Shown here piece by piece: positions 33,075 to 47,408 of a DNA stretch of 64,000 nucleotides. The notes beneath the pieces were generated by a model. The model made no database searches, had not been told where the DNA came from, and was given only the letters and a program-made list of their open reading frames with translations. The position numbers were made by a program, and so were the translations under genes. How positions within the stretch are numbered: position 1 is the stretch's first letter; every line of letters begins with the position of its first letter. The DNA comes from Balanoglossus misakiensis (Eukaryota; Animalia; Hemichordata), in assembly GCA_040954595.2 (NCBI GenBank), contig CM082592.2, positions 7,799,677 to 7,863,676 on the forward strand, read 5' to 3'.

Positions 33075-33520
33075 TTTTCTCCTTTGTACATCGTGTGTAT
33101 TCGTGTTTCATCATTTGCTTGTGTAGAACCAGGTGGTGTTAGATCCTGGTTTTTATCAAGTGATAATTTAAATGTTTGCGTGTGATGGGATGATTTATGA
33201 CACAACACACGTTTTACATAAGTCTAGCGCCCTCACACAGCCATCATGAATTTGTACTCAAAGGGAGGCCACTTGGGAAAGTTGATCTGCAGTCACATCA
33301 ACAAGGGGATTTCCCAATTAGCCTCGGTTTGAGTTCAAATTCATGATGGCTGGGTGAGGGCGATAGACTTATGAAAAGGGTGCATAAATGAACTTGATTG
33401 TTGAAACCATGGGAGCCAGCGAATTTATCAAGGTAAGTGTTACAACCAATGGACCCCCTACTTCCGAGTGACACACACACACACATAACAACGCAGTTGA
33501 TATTTTGAAAAGAGTAAGAT

Positions 33521-33748
33521 AAAAATCATGGGTTATAGCTCATGAAAATCATCCAAAAATGACAAATTTTCGACTTTCCGAAATATCAAAATTTCTTCAT
33601 TTTTTCGAAAAAACCATGGGTTATAGCTCATGAAAATCATCCAAAAATGACAATTTTTCGACTTTGCGGAATTTCAAAATTTGGCCGATTTTTGAAAAAA
33701 TCATGGGTTATAGCTCATGATTATCGTCAGAAAATGACAATTTTTTTT
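33521..33748 (+). repeat. 87-bp satellite, divergent B-type monomers (~2.6 copies), left outer arm
   Basis: atcatgggttatagctcatgaaaatc...gacaatttttcgactttgcggaatttcaaaatttggccgatt; inverted counterpart at 57616-58405. Confidence 0.9.
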
Positions 33749-33749
33749 A

Positions 33750-36700
33750 ATAACCCTTGTTTTTTTCAAAAAATGCCCAAATTTTGAAAATTCGCAAAGT
33801 CGAAAAATCCTGGATTTTTCAACATTTTCCTGAGCTATAACCCATGGTTTTTTCAAAAAATGACCAAATTTTGAAAATTCGCAAAGTCGAAAAATCCTCG
33901 ATTTTTCAACATTTTCCTGAGCTATAACCCATGGTTTTTTCAAAAAATGACCAAATTTTCAAAATTCGCAAAGTCGAAAAATCCTCGATTTTTCAACATT
34001 TTCCTGAGCTATAACCCATGGTTTTTTCAAAAAATGACCAAATTTTCAAAATTCGCAAAGTCGAAAAATCCTCGATTTTTCAACATTTTCCTGAGCTATA
34101 ACCCATGGTTTTTTTCAAAAAATGACCAAATTTTGAAAATTCGCAAAGTCGAAAAATCCTCGATTTTTCAACATTTTCCTGAGCTATAACCCATGGTTTT
34201 TTTCAAAAAATGACCAAATTTTGATAATTCGCAAAGTCGAAAAATCCTCGATTTTTCAACATTTTCCTGAGCTATAACCCATGGTTTTTTTCAAAAAATG
34301 ACCAAATTTTGAAAATTCGCAAAGTCGAAAAATCCTCGATTTTTCAACATTTTCCTGAGCTATAACCCATGGTTTTTTTTCAAAAAATGACCAAATTTTG
34401 AAAATTCGCAAAGTCGAAAAATCCTCGATTTTTCAACATTTTCCTGAGCTATAACCCATGGTTTTTTTCAAAAAATGACCAAATTTTGAAAATTCGCAAA
34501 GTCGAAAAATCCTCGATTTTTCAACATTTTCCTGAGCTATAACCCATGGTTTTTTTCAAAAAATGACCAAATTTTGAAAATTCGCAAAGTCGAAAAATCC
34601 TCGATTTTTCAACATTTTCCTGAGCTATAACCCATGGTTTTTTTCAAAAAATGACCAAATTTTGAAAATTCGCAAAGTCGAAAAATCCTCGATTTTTCAA
34701 CATTTTCCTGAGCTATAACCCATGGTTTTTTCAAAAAATGACCAAATTTTGAAAATTCGCAAAGTCGAAAAATCCTCGATTTTTCAACATTTTCCTGAGC
34801 TATAACCCATGGTTTTTTCAAAAAATGACCAAATTTTGAAAATTCGCAAAGTCGAAAAATCCTCGATTTTTCAACATTTTCCTGAGCTATAACCCATGGT
34901 TTTTTCAAAAAATGACCAAATTTTCAAAATTCGCAAAGTCGAAAAATCCTCGATTTTTCAACATTTTCCTGAGCTATAACCCATGGTTTTTTCAAAAAAT
35001 GACCAAATTTTCAAAATTCGCAAAGTCGAAAAATCCTCGATTTTCAACATTTTCCTGAGCTATAACCCATGGTTTTTTCAAAAAATGACCAAATTTTGAA
35101 AATTCCCAAAGTCGAAAAATCCTCGATTTTTCAACATTTTCCTGAGCTATAACCCATGGTTTTTTCAAAAAATGACCAAATTTGGAAAATTCGCAATGTC
35201 GAAAAATCCTGGATTTTTGAACATTTTCCTGAGCTATAACCCATGGTTTTTTCAAAAAATGACCAAATTTGGAAAATTCGCAATGTCGAAAAATCCTGGA
35301 TTTTTCAACATTTTCCTGAGCTATAACCCATGGTTTTTTCAAAAAATGACCAAATTTTCAAAATTCGCAAAGTCGAAAAATCCTGGATTTTTCAACATTT
35401 TCCTGAGCTATAACCCATGGTTTTTTCAAAAAATGACCAAATTTTCAAAATTCGCAAAGTCGAAAAATCCTGGATTTTTCAACATTTTCCTGAGCTATAA
35501 TCCATGGTTTTTTCAAAAAATGACCAAATTTTGAAAATTCGCAAAGTCGAAAAATCCTCGATTTTTCAACATTTTCCTGAGCTATAACCCATGGTTTTTT
35601 CAAAAAATGACCAAATTTTGAAAATTCGCAAAGTCGAAAAATCCTCGATTTTTCAACATTTTCCTAAGCTATAACCCATGGTTTTTTCAAAAAATGACCA
35701 AATTTTGAAAATTCGCAAAGTCGAAAAATCCTCGATTTTTCAACATTTTCCTGAGCTATAACCCATGGTTTTTTCAAAAAATGACCAAATTTTGAAAATT
35801 CGCAAAGTCGAAAAATCCTCGATTTTTCAACATTTTCCTGAGCTATAACCCATGGTTTTTTCAAAAAATGACCAAATTTTGAAAATTCCCAAAGTCGAAA
35901 AATCCTCGATTTTTCAACATTTTCCTGAGCTATAACCCATAGTTTTTTCAAAAAATGACCAAATTTTGAAAATTCCCAAAGTCGAAAAATCCTCGATTTT
36001 TCAACATTTTCCTGAGCTATAACCCATGGTTTTTTCAAAAAATGACCAAATTTTGAAAATTCGCAAAGTCGAAAAATCCTCGATTTTTCAACATTTTCCT
36101 GAGCTATAACCCATGGTTTTTTCAAAAAATGACCAAATTTTGAAAATTCGCAAAGTCGAAAAATCCTCGATTTTTCAACATTTTCCTGAGCTATAACCCA
36201 TGGTTTTTTCAAAAAATGACCAAATTTTGAAAATTCGCAAAGTCGAAAAATCCTCGATTTTTCAACATTTTCCTGAGCTATAACCCATGGTTTTTTCAAA
36301 AAATGACCAAATTTTGAAAATTCGCAAAGTCGAAAAATCCTGGATTTTTCAACATTTTCCTGAGCTATAACCCATGGTTTTTTCAAAAAATGACCAAATT
36401 TGGAAAATTCGCAATGTCGAAAAATCCTGGATTTTTGAACATTTTCCTGAGCTATAACCCATGGTTTTTTCAAAAAATGACCAAATTTGGAAAATTCGCA
36501 ATGTCGAAAAATCCTGGATTTTTCAACATTTTCCTGAGCTATAACCCATGGTTTTTTCAAAAAATGACCAAATTTTCAAAATTCGCAAAGTCGAAAAATC
36601 CTGGATTTTTCAACATTTTCCTGAGCTATAACCCATGGTTTTTTCAAAAAATGACCAAATTTTCAAAATTCGCAAAGTCGAAAAATCCTGGATTTTTCAA

Positions 36701-39700
36701 CATTTTCCTGAGCTATAATCCATGGTTTTTTCAAAAAATGACCAAATTTTGAAAATTCGCAAAGTCGAAAAATCCTCGATTTTTCAACATTTTCCTGAGC
36801 TATAACCCATGGTTTTTTCAAAAAATGACCAAATTTTGAAAATTCGCAAAGTCGAAAAATCCTCGATTTTTCAACATTTTCCTGAGCTATAACCCATGGT
36901 TTTTTCAAAAAATGACCAAATTTTGAAAATTCGCAAAGTCGAAAAATCCTCGATTTTTCAACATTTTCCTGAGCTATAACCCATGGTTTTTTCAAAAAAT
37001 GACCAAATTTTGAAAATTCGCAAAGTCGAAAAATCCTCGATTTTTCAACATTTTCCTGAGCTATAACCCATGGTTTTTTCAAAAAATGACCAAATTTTGA
37101 AAATTCCCAAAGTCGAAAAATCCTCGATTTTTCAACATTTTCCTGAGCTATAACCCATAGTTTTTTCAAAAAATGACCAAATTTTGAAAATTCCCAAAGT
37201 CGAAAAATCCTCGATTTTTCAACATTTTCCTGAGCTATAACCCATGGTTTTTTCAAAAAATGACCAAATTTTGAAAATTCGCAAAGTCGAAAAATCCTCG
37301 ATTTTTCAACATTTTCCTGAGCTATAACCCATGGTTTTTTCAAAAAATGACCAAATTTTGAAAATTCGCAAAGTCGAAAAATCCTCGATTTTTCAACATT
37401 TTCCTGAGCTATAACCCATGGTTTTTTCAAAAAATGACCAAATTTTGAAAATTCGCAAAGTCGAAAAATCCTCGATTTTTCAACATTTTCCTGAGCTATA
37501 ACCCATGGTTTTTTCAAAAAATGACCAAATTTTGAAAATTCGCAAAGTCGAAAAATCCTCGATTTTTCAACATTTTCCTGAGCTATAACCCATGGTTTTT
37601 TCAAAAAATGACCAAATTTTGAAAATTCGCAAAGTCGAAAAATCCTCGATTTTTCAACATTTTCCTGAGCTATAACCCATGGTTTTTTCAAAAAATGACC
37701 AAATTTTGAAAATTCGCAAAGTCGAAAAATCCTCGATTTTTCAACATTTTCCTGAGCTATAACCCAGGGTTTTTTCAAAAAATGACCAAATTTGGAAAAT
37801 TCGCAATGTCGAAAAATCCTGGATTTTTCAACATTTTCCTGAGCTATAACCCAGGGTTTTTTCAAAAAATGACCAAATTTTCAAAATTCGCAAAGTCGAA
37901 AAATCCTGGATTTTTCAACATTTTCCTGAGCTATAACCCATGGTTTTTTCAAAAAATGACCAAATTTTCAAAATTCGCAAAGTCGAAAAATCCTGGATTT
38001 TTCAACATTTTCCTGAGCTATAACCCATGGTTTTTTCAAAAAATGACCAAATTTTCAAAATTCGCAAAGTCGAAAAATCCTCGATTTTTCAACATTTTCC
38101 TGAGCTATAACCCATGGTTTTTTCAAAAAATGACCAAATTTTGAAAATTCGCAAAGTCGAAAAATCCTCGATTTTTCAACATTTTCCTGAGCTATAACCC
38201 ATGGTTTTTTCAAAAAATGACCAAATTTTGAAAATTCGCAAAGTCGAAAAATCCTCGATTTTTCAACATTTTCCTGAGCTATAACCCATGGTTTTTTCAA
38301 AAAATGACCAAATTTTGAAAATTCGCAAAGTCGAAAAATCCTCGATTTTTCAACATTTTCCTGAGCTATAACCCATGGTTTTTTCAAAAAATGACCAAAT
38401 TTTGAAAATTCGCAAAGTCGAAAAATCCTCGATTTTTCAACATTTTCCTGAGCTATAACCCATAGTTTTTTCAAAAAATGACCAAATTTTGAAAATTCGC
38501 AAAGTCGAAAAATCCTCGATTTTTCAACATTTTCCTGAGCTATAACCCATGGTTTTTTCAAAAAATGACCAAATTTTGAAAATTCGCAAAGTCGAAAAAT
38601 CCTCGATTTTTCAACATTTTCCTGAGCTATAACCCATGGTTTTTTCAAAAAATGACCAAATTTTGAAAATTCGCAAAGTCGAAAAATCCTCGATTTTTCA
38701 ACATTTTCCTGAGCTATAACCCATGGTTTTTTCAAAAAATGACCAAATTTTGAAAATTCGCAAAGTCGAAAAATCCTCGATTTTTCAACATTTTCCTGAG
38801 CTATAACCCATGGTTTTTTCAAAAAATGACCAAATTTTGAAAATTCGCAAAGTCGAAAAATCCTCGATTTTTCAACATTTTCCTGAGCTATAACCCATGG
38901 TTTTTTCAAAAAATGACCAAATTTTGAAAATTCGCAAAGTCGAAAAATCCTCGATTTTTCAACATTTTCCTGAGCTATAACCCATGGTTTTTTCAATAAA
39001 TGACCAAATTTTGAAAATTCGCAAAGTCGAAAAATCCTCGATTTTTCAACATTTTCCTGAGCTATAACCCATGGTTTTTTCAAAAAATGACCAAATTTTG
39101 AAAATTCGCAAAGTCGAATAATCCTCGATTTTTCAACATTTTCCTGAGCTATAACCCATGGTTTTTTCAAAAAATGACCAAATTTTGAAAATTCGCAAAG
39201 TCGAAAAATCCTCGATTTTTCAACATTTTCCTGAGCTATAACCCATGGTTTTTTCAAAAAATGACCAAATTTTGAAAATTCGCAAAGTCGAAAAATCCTC
39301 GATTTTTCAACATTTTCCTGAGCTATAACCCATGGTTTTTTCAAAAAATGACCAAATTTTGAAAATTCCCAAAGTCGAAAAATCCTCGATTTTTTAACAT
39401 TTTCCTGAGCTATAACCCATGGTTTTTTCAAAAAATGACCAAATTTTCAAAATTCGCAAAGTCGAAAAATCCTCGATTTTTCAACATTTTCCTGAGCTAT
39501 AACCCATGGTTTTTTCAAAAAATGACCAAATTTTCAAAATTCGCAAAGTCGAAAAATCCTCGATTTTTCAACATTTTCCTGAGCTATAACCCATGGTTTT
39601 TTCAAAAAATGACCAAATTTTGAAAATTCCCAAAGTCGAAAAATCCTCGATTTTTCAACATTTTCCTGAGCTATAACCCATGGTTTTTTCAAAAAATGAC

Positions 39701-42700
39701 CAAATTTTGAAAATTCCCAAAGTCGAAAAATCCTCGATTTTTCAACATTTTCCTGAGCTATAACCCATGGTTTTTTCAAAAAATGACCAAATTTTGAAAA
39801 TTCGCAAAGTCGAAAAATCCTCGATTTTTCAACATTTTCCTGAGCTATAACCCATGGTTTTTTCAAAAAATGACCAAATTTTGAAAATTCGCAAAGTCGA
39901 AAAATCCTCGATTTTTCAACATTTTCCTGAGCTATAACCCATGGTTTTTTCAAAAAATGACCAAATTTTGAAAATTCGCAAAGTCGAAAAATCCTCGATT
40001 TTTCAACATTTTCCTGAGCTATAACCCATGGTTTTTTCAAAAAATGACCAAATTTTGAAAATTCGCAAAGTCGAAAAATCCTCGATTTTTCAACATTTTC
40101 CTGAGCTATAACCCATGGTTTTTTCAAAAAATGACCAAATTTTGAAAATTCGCAAAGTCGAAAAATCCTCGATTTTTCAACATTTTCCTGAGCTATAACC
40201 CATGGTTTTTTCAAAAAATGACCAAATTTTGAAAATTCGCAAAGTCGAAAAATCCTCGATTTTTCAACATTTTCCTGAGCTATAACCCATGGTTTTTTCA
40301 AAAAATGACCAAATTTTGAAAATTCGCAAAGTCGAAAAATCCTCGATTTTTCAACATTTTCCTGAGCTATAACCCATGGTTTTTTCAAAAAATGACCAAA
40401 TTTTGAAAATTCGCAAAGTCGAAAAATCCTCGATTTTTCAACATTTTCCTGAGCTATAACCCATGGTTTTTTCAAAAAATGACCAAATTTTGAAAATTCC
40501 CAAAGTCGAAAAATCCTCGATTTTTCAACATTTTCCTGAGCTATAACCCATGGTTTTTTCAAAAAATGACCAAATTTTGAAAATTCCCAAAGTCGAAAAA
40601 TCCTCGATTTTTCAACATTTTCTTGAGCTATAACCCATGGTTTTTTCAAAAAATGACCAAATTTTGAAAATTCCCAAAGTCGAAAAATCCTCGATTTTTC
40701 AACATTTTCCTGAGCTATAACCCATGGTTTTTTCAAAAAATGACCAAATTTTGAAAATTCCCAAAGTCGAAAAATCCTCGATTTTTCAACATTTTCCTGA
40801 GCTATAACCCATGGTTTTTTCAAAAAATGACCAAATTTTGAAAATTCGCAAAGTCGAAAAATCCTCGATTTTTCAACATTTTCCTGAGCTATAACCCATG
40901 GTTTTTTCAAAAAATGACCAAATTTTGAAAATTCGCAAAGTCGAAAAATCCTCGATTTTTCAACATTTTCCTGAGCTATAACCCATGGTTTTTTCAAAAA
41001 ATGACCAAATTTTGAAAATTCGCAAAGTCGAAAAATCCTCGATTTTTCAACATTTTCCTGAGCTATAACCCATGGTTTTTTCAAAAAATGACCAAATTTT
41101 GAAAATTCGCAAAGTCGAAAAATCCTCGATTTTTCAACATTTTCCTGAGCTATAACCCATGGTTTTTTCAAAAAATGACCAAATTTTGAAAATTCGCAAA
41201 GTCGAAAAATCCTCGATTTTTCAACATTTTCCTGAGCTATAACCCATGGTTTTTTCAATAAATGACCAAATTTTGAAAATTCGCAAAGTCGAAAAATCCT
41301 CGATTTTTCAACATTTTCCTGAGCTATAACCCATGGTTTTTTCAAAAAATGACCAAATTTTGAAAATTCGCAAAGTCGAATAATCCTCGATTTTTCAACA
41401 TTTTCCTGAGCTATAACCCATGGTTTTTTCAAAAAATGACCAAATTTTGAAAATTCGCAAAGTCGAAAAAATCCTCGATTTTTCAACATTTTCCTGAGCT
41501 ATAACCCATGGTTTTTTCAAAAAATGACCAAATTTTGAAAATTCGCAAAGTCGAAAAATCCTCGATTTTTCAACATTTTCCTGAGCTATAACCTATGGTT
41601 TTTTCAAAAAATTAACAAATTTTGAAAATTCCCAAAGTCGAAAAATCCTCGATTTTTTAACATTTTCCTGAGCTATAACCCATGGTTTTTTCAAAAAATG
41701 ACCAAATTTTCAAAATTCGCAAAGTCGAAAAATCCTCGATTTTTCAACATTTTCCTGAGCTATAACCCATGGTTTTTTCAAAAAATGACCAAATTTTCAA
41801 AATTCGCAAAGTCGAAAAATCCTCGATTTTTCAACATTTTCCTGAGCTATAACCCATGGTTTTTTCAAAAAATGACCAAATTTTGAAAATTCCCAAAGTC
41901 GAAAAATCCTCGATTTTTCAACATTTTCCTGAGCTATAACCCATGGTTTTTTCAAAAAATGACCAAATTTTGAAAATTCCCAAAGTCGAAAAATCCTCGA
42001 TTTTTCAACATTTTCCTGAGCTATAACCCATGGTTTTTTCAAAAAATGACCAAATTTTGAAAATTCGCAAAGTCGAAAAATCCTCGATTTTTCAACATTT
42101 TCCTGAGCTATAACCCATGGTTTTTTCAAAAAATGACCAAATTTTGAAAATTCGCAAAGTCGAAAAATCCTCGATTTTTCAACATTTTCCTGAGCTATAA
42201 CCCATGGTTTTTTCAAAAAATGACCAAATTTTGAAAATTCGCAAAGTCGAAAAATCCTCGATTTTTCAACATTTTCCTGAGCTATAACCCATGGTTTTTT
42301 CAAAAAATGACCAAATTTTGAAAATTCGCAAAGTCGAAAAATCCTCGATTTTTCAACATTTTCCTGAGCTATAACCCATGGTTTTTTCAAAAAATGACCA
42401 AATTTTGAAAATTCGCAAAGTCGAAAAATCCTCGATTTTTCAACATTTTCCTGAGCTATAACCCATGGTTTTTTCAAAAAATGACCAAATTTTGAAAATT
42501 CGCAAAGTCGAAAAATCCTCGATTTTTCAACATTTTCCTGAGCTATAACCCATGGTTTTTTCAAAAAATGACCAAATTTTGAAAATTCGCAAAGTCGAAA
42601 AATCCTCGATTTTTCAACATTTTCCTGAGCTATAACCCATGGTTTTTTCAAAAAATGACCAAATTTTGAAAATTCGCAAAGTCGAAAAATCCTCGATTTT

Positions 42701-45700
42701 TCAACATTTTCCTGAGCTATAACCCATGGTTTTTTCAAAAAATGACCAAATTTTGAAAATTCCCAAAGTCGAAAAATCCTCGATTTTTCAACATTTTCCT
42801 GAGCTATAACCCATGGTTTTTTCAAAAAATGACCAAATTTTGAAAATTCCCAAAGTCGAAAAATCCTCGATTTTTCAACATTTTCTTGAGCTATAACCCA
42901 TGGTTTTTTCAAAAAATGACCAAATTTTGAAAATTCCCAAAGTCGAAAAATCCTCGATTTTTCAACATTTTCCTGAGCTATAACCCATGGTTTTTTCAAA
43001 AAATGACCAAATTTTGAAAATTCCCAAAGTCGAAAAATCCTCGATTTTTCAACATTTTCCTGAGCTATAACCCATGGTTTTTTCAAAAAATGACCAAATT
43101 TTGAAAATTCGCAAAGTCGAAAAATCCTCGATTTTTCAACATTTTCCTGAGCTATAACCCATGGTTTTTTCAAAAAATGACCAAATTTTGAAAATTCGCA
43201 AAGTCGAAAAATCCTCGATTTTTCAACATTTTCCTGAGCTATAACCCATGGTTTTTTCAAAAAATGACCAAATTTTGAAAATTCGCAAAGTCGAAAAATC
43301 CTCGATTTTTCAACATTTTCCTGAGCTATAACCCATGGTTTTTTCAAAAAATGACCAAATTTTCAAAATTCGCAAAGTCGAAAAATCCTCGATTTTTCAA
43401 CATTTTCCTGAGCTATAACCCATGGTTTTTTCAAAAAATGACCAAATTTTCAAAATTCGCAAAGTCGAAAAATCCTCGATTTTTCAACATTTTCCTGAGC
43501 TATAACCCATGGTTTTTTCAAAAAATGACCAAATTTTGAAAATTCGCAAAGTCGAAAAATCCTCGATTTTTCAACATTTTCCTGAGCTATAACCCATGGT
43601 TTTTTCAAAAAATGACCAAATTTTGAAAATTCCCAAAGTCGAAAAATCCTCGATTTTTCAACATTTTCCTGAGCTATAACCCATGGTTTTTTCAAAAAAT
43701 GACCAAATTTTGAAAATTCCCAAAGTCGAAAAATCCTCGATTTTTCAACATTTTCCTGAGCTATAACCCATGGTTTTTTCAAAAAATGACCAAATTTTGA
43801 AAATTCCCAAAGTCGAAAAATCCTCGATTTTTCAACATTTTCCTGAGCTATAACCCATGGTTTTTTCAAAAAATGACCAAATTTTGAAAATTCGCAAAGT
43901 CGAAAAATCCTCGATTTTTCAACATTTTCCTGAGCTATAACCCATGGTTTTTTCAAAAAATGACCAAATTTTGAAAATTCGCAAAGTCGAAAAATCCTCG
44001 ATTTTTCAACATTTTCCTGAGCTATAACCCATGGTTTTTTCAAAAAATGACCAAATTTTGAAAATTCGCAAAGTCGAAAAATCCTCGATTTTTCAACATT
44101 TTCCTGAGCTATAACCCAGGGTTTTTTCAAAAAATGACCAAATTTGGAAAATTCGCAATGTCGAAAAATCCTGGATTTTTCAACATTTTCCTGAGCTATA
44201 ACCCAGGGTTTTTTCAAAAAATGACCAAATTTTCAAAATTCGCAAAGTCGAAAAATCCTCGATTTTTCAACATTTTCCTGAGCTATAACCCATGGTTTTT
44301 TCAAAAAATGACCAAATTTTCAAAATTCGCAAAGTCGAAAAATCCTCGATTTTTCAACATTTTCCTGAGCTATAACCCATGGTTTTTTCAAAAAATGACC
44401 AAATTTTCAAAATTCGCAAAGTCGAAAAATCCTCGATTTTTCAACATTTTCCTGAGCTATAACCCATGGTTTTTTCAAAAAATGACCAAATTTTGAAAAT
44501 TCGCAAAGTCGAAAAATCCTCGATTTTTCAACATTTTCCTGAGCTATAACCCATGGTTTTTTCAAAAAATGACCAAATTTTGAAAATTCCCAAAGTCGAA
44601 AAATCCTCGATTTTTCAACATTTTCCTGAGCTATAACCCATGTTTTTTTCAAAAAATGACCAAATTTTGAAAATTCCCAAAGTCGAAAAATCCTCGAGTT
44701 TTCAACATTTTCCTGAGCTATAACCCATGGTTTTTTCAAAAAATGACCAAATTTTGAAAATTCGCAAAGTCGAAAAATCCTCGATTTTTCAACATTTTCC
44801 TGAGCTATAACCCATGGTTTTTTCAAAAAATGACCAAATTTTGAAAATTCCCAAAGTCGAAAAATCCTCGATTTTTCAACATTTTCCTGAGCTATAACCC
44901 ATGGTTTTTTCAAAAAATGACCAAATTTTGAAAATTCCCAAAGTCGAAAAATCCTCGATTTTTCAACATTTTCCTGAGCTATAACCCATGGTTTTTTCAA
45001 AAAATGACCAAATTTTGAAAATTCCCAAAGTCGAAAAATCCTCGATTTTTCAACATTTTCCTGAGCTATAACCCATGGTTTTTTCAAAAAATGACCAAAT
45101 TTTGAAAATTCGCAAAGTCGAAAAATCCTCGATTTTTCAACATTTTCCTGAGCTATAACCCATGGTTTTTTCAAAAAATGACCAAATTTTGAAAATTCGC
45201 AAAGTCGAAAAATCCTCGATTTTTCAACATTTTCCTGAGCTATAACCCATGGTTTTTTTCAAAAAATGACCAAATTTTGAAAATTCGCAAAGTCGAAAAA
45301 TCCTCGATTTTTCAACATTTTCCTGAGCTATAACCCATGGTTTTTTCAAAAAATGACCAAATTTTGAAAATTCGCAAAGTCGAAAAATCCTCGATTTTTC
45401 AACATTTTCCTGAGCTATAACCCATGGTTTTTTCAAAAAATGACCAAATTTTGAAAATTCCCAAAGTCGAAAAATCCTCGATTTTTCAACATTTTCCTGA
45501 GCTATAACCCATGGTTTTTTCAAAAAATGACCAAATTTTGAAAATTCGCAAAGTCGAAAAATCCTCGATTTTTCAACATTTTCCTGAGCTATAACCCATG
45601 GTTTTTTCAAAAAATGACCAAATTTTGAAAATTCGCAAAGTCGAAAAATCCTCGATTTTTCAACATTTTCCTGAGCTATAACCCATGGTTTTTTCAAAAA

Positions 45701-47408
45701 ATGACCAAATTTTCAAAATTCGCAAAGTCGAAAAATCCTCGATTTTTCAACATTTTCCTGAGCTATAACCCATGGTTTTTTCAAAAAATGACCAAATTTT
45801 GAAAATTCGCAAAGTCGAAAAATCCTCGATTTTTCAACATTTTCCTGAGCTATAACCCATGGTTTTTTCAAAAAATGACCAAATTTTGAAAATTCGCAAA
45901 GTCGAAAAATCCTCGATTTTTCAACATTTTCCTGAGCTATAACCCATGGTTTTTTCAAAAAATGACCAAATTTTGAAAACTCGCAAAGTCGAAAAATCCT
46001 CGATTTTTCAACATTTTCCTGAGCTATAACCCATGGTTTTTTCAAAAAATGACCAAATTTTGAAAATTCGCAAAGTCGAAAAATCCTCGATTTTTCAACA
46101 TTTTCCTGAGCTATAACCCATGGTTTTTTCAAAAAATGACCAAATTTTGAAAATTCGCAAAGTCGAAAAATCCTCGATTTTTCAACATTTTCCTGAGCTA
46201 TAACCCATGGTTTTTTCAAAAAATGACCAAATTTTGAAAATTCGCAAAGTCGAAAAATCCTCGATTTTTCAACATTTTCCTGAGCTATAACCCATGGTTT
46301 TTTCAAAAAATGACCAAATTTTGAAAATTCGCAAAGTCGAAAAATCCTCGATTTTTCAACATTTTCCTGAGCTATAACCCATGGTTTTTTCAAAAAATGA
46401 CCAAATTTTGAAAATTCGCAAAGTCGAAAAATCCTCGATTTTTCAACATTTTCCTGAGCTATAACCCATGGTTTTTTCAAAAAATGACCAAATTTTGAAA
46501 ATTCCCAAAGTCGAAAAATCCTCGATTTTTCAACATTTTCCTGAGCTATAACCCATGGTTTTTTTCAAAAAATGACCAAATTTTGAAAATTCCCAAAGTC
46601 GAAAAATCCTCGATTTTTCAACATTTTCCTGAGCTATAACCCATGGTTTTTTCAAAAAATGACCAAATTTTGAAAATTCGCAAAGTCGAAAAATCCTCGA
46701 TTTTTCAACATTTTCCTGAGCTATAACCCATGGTTTTTTCAAAAAATGACCAAATTTTGAAAATTCGCAAAGTCGAAAAATCCTCGATTTTTCAACATTT
46801 TCCTGAGCTATAACCCATGGTTTTTTCAAAAAATGACCAAATTTTGAAAATTCGCAAAGTCGAAAAATCCTCGATTTTTCAACATTTTCCTGAGCTATAA
46901 CCCATGGTTTTTTCAAAAAATGACCAAATTTTGAAAATTCGCAAAGTCGAAAAATCCTCGATTTTTCAACATTTTCCTGAGCTATATAACCCATGGTTTT
47001 TTCAAAAATGACCAAATTTTGAAAATTCCCAAAGTCGAAAAATCCTCGATTTTTCAACATTTTCCTGAGCTATAACCCACGGTTTTTTCAAAAAATGACC
47101 AAATTTTGAAAATTCCCAAAGTCGAAAAATCCTGGATTTTTCAACATTTTCCTGAGCTATAACCCATGGTTTTTTCAAAAAATGACCAAATTTTGAAAAT
47201 TCACAAAGTCGAAAAATCCTCGATTTTTCAACATTTTCCTGAGCTATAACCCATGGTTTTTTCAAAAAATGACCAAATTTTGAAAATTCACAAAGTCGAA
47301 AAATCCACGATTTTTCAACATTTTCCTGAGCTATAACCCATGGTTTTTTCAAAAAATGACCAAATTTTGAAAATTCACAAAGTCGAAAAATCCTCGATTA
47401 TTCAACAT
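33750..47408 (-). repeat. 87-bp satellite, A-type, ~157 highly homogeneous tandem copies, minus orientation
   Basis: unit tgagctataacccatggttttttcaaaaaatgaccaaattttgaaaattcgcaaagtcgaaaaatcctcgatttttcaacattttcc repeated head to tail; copy number from length/87. Confidence 0.98.
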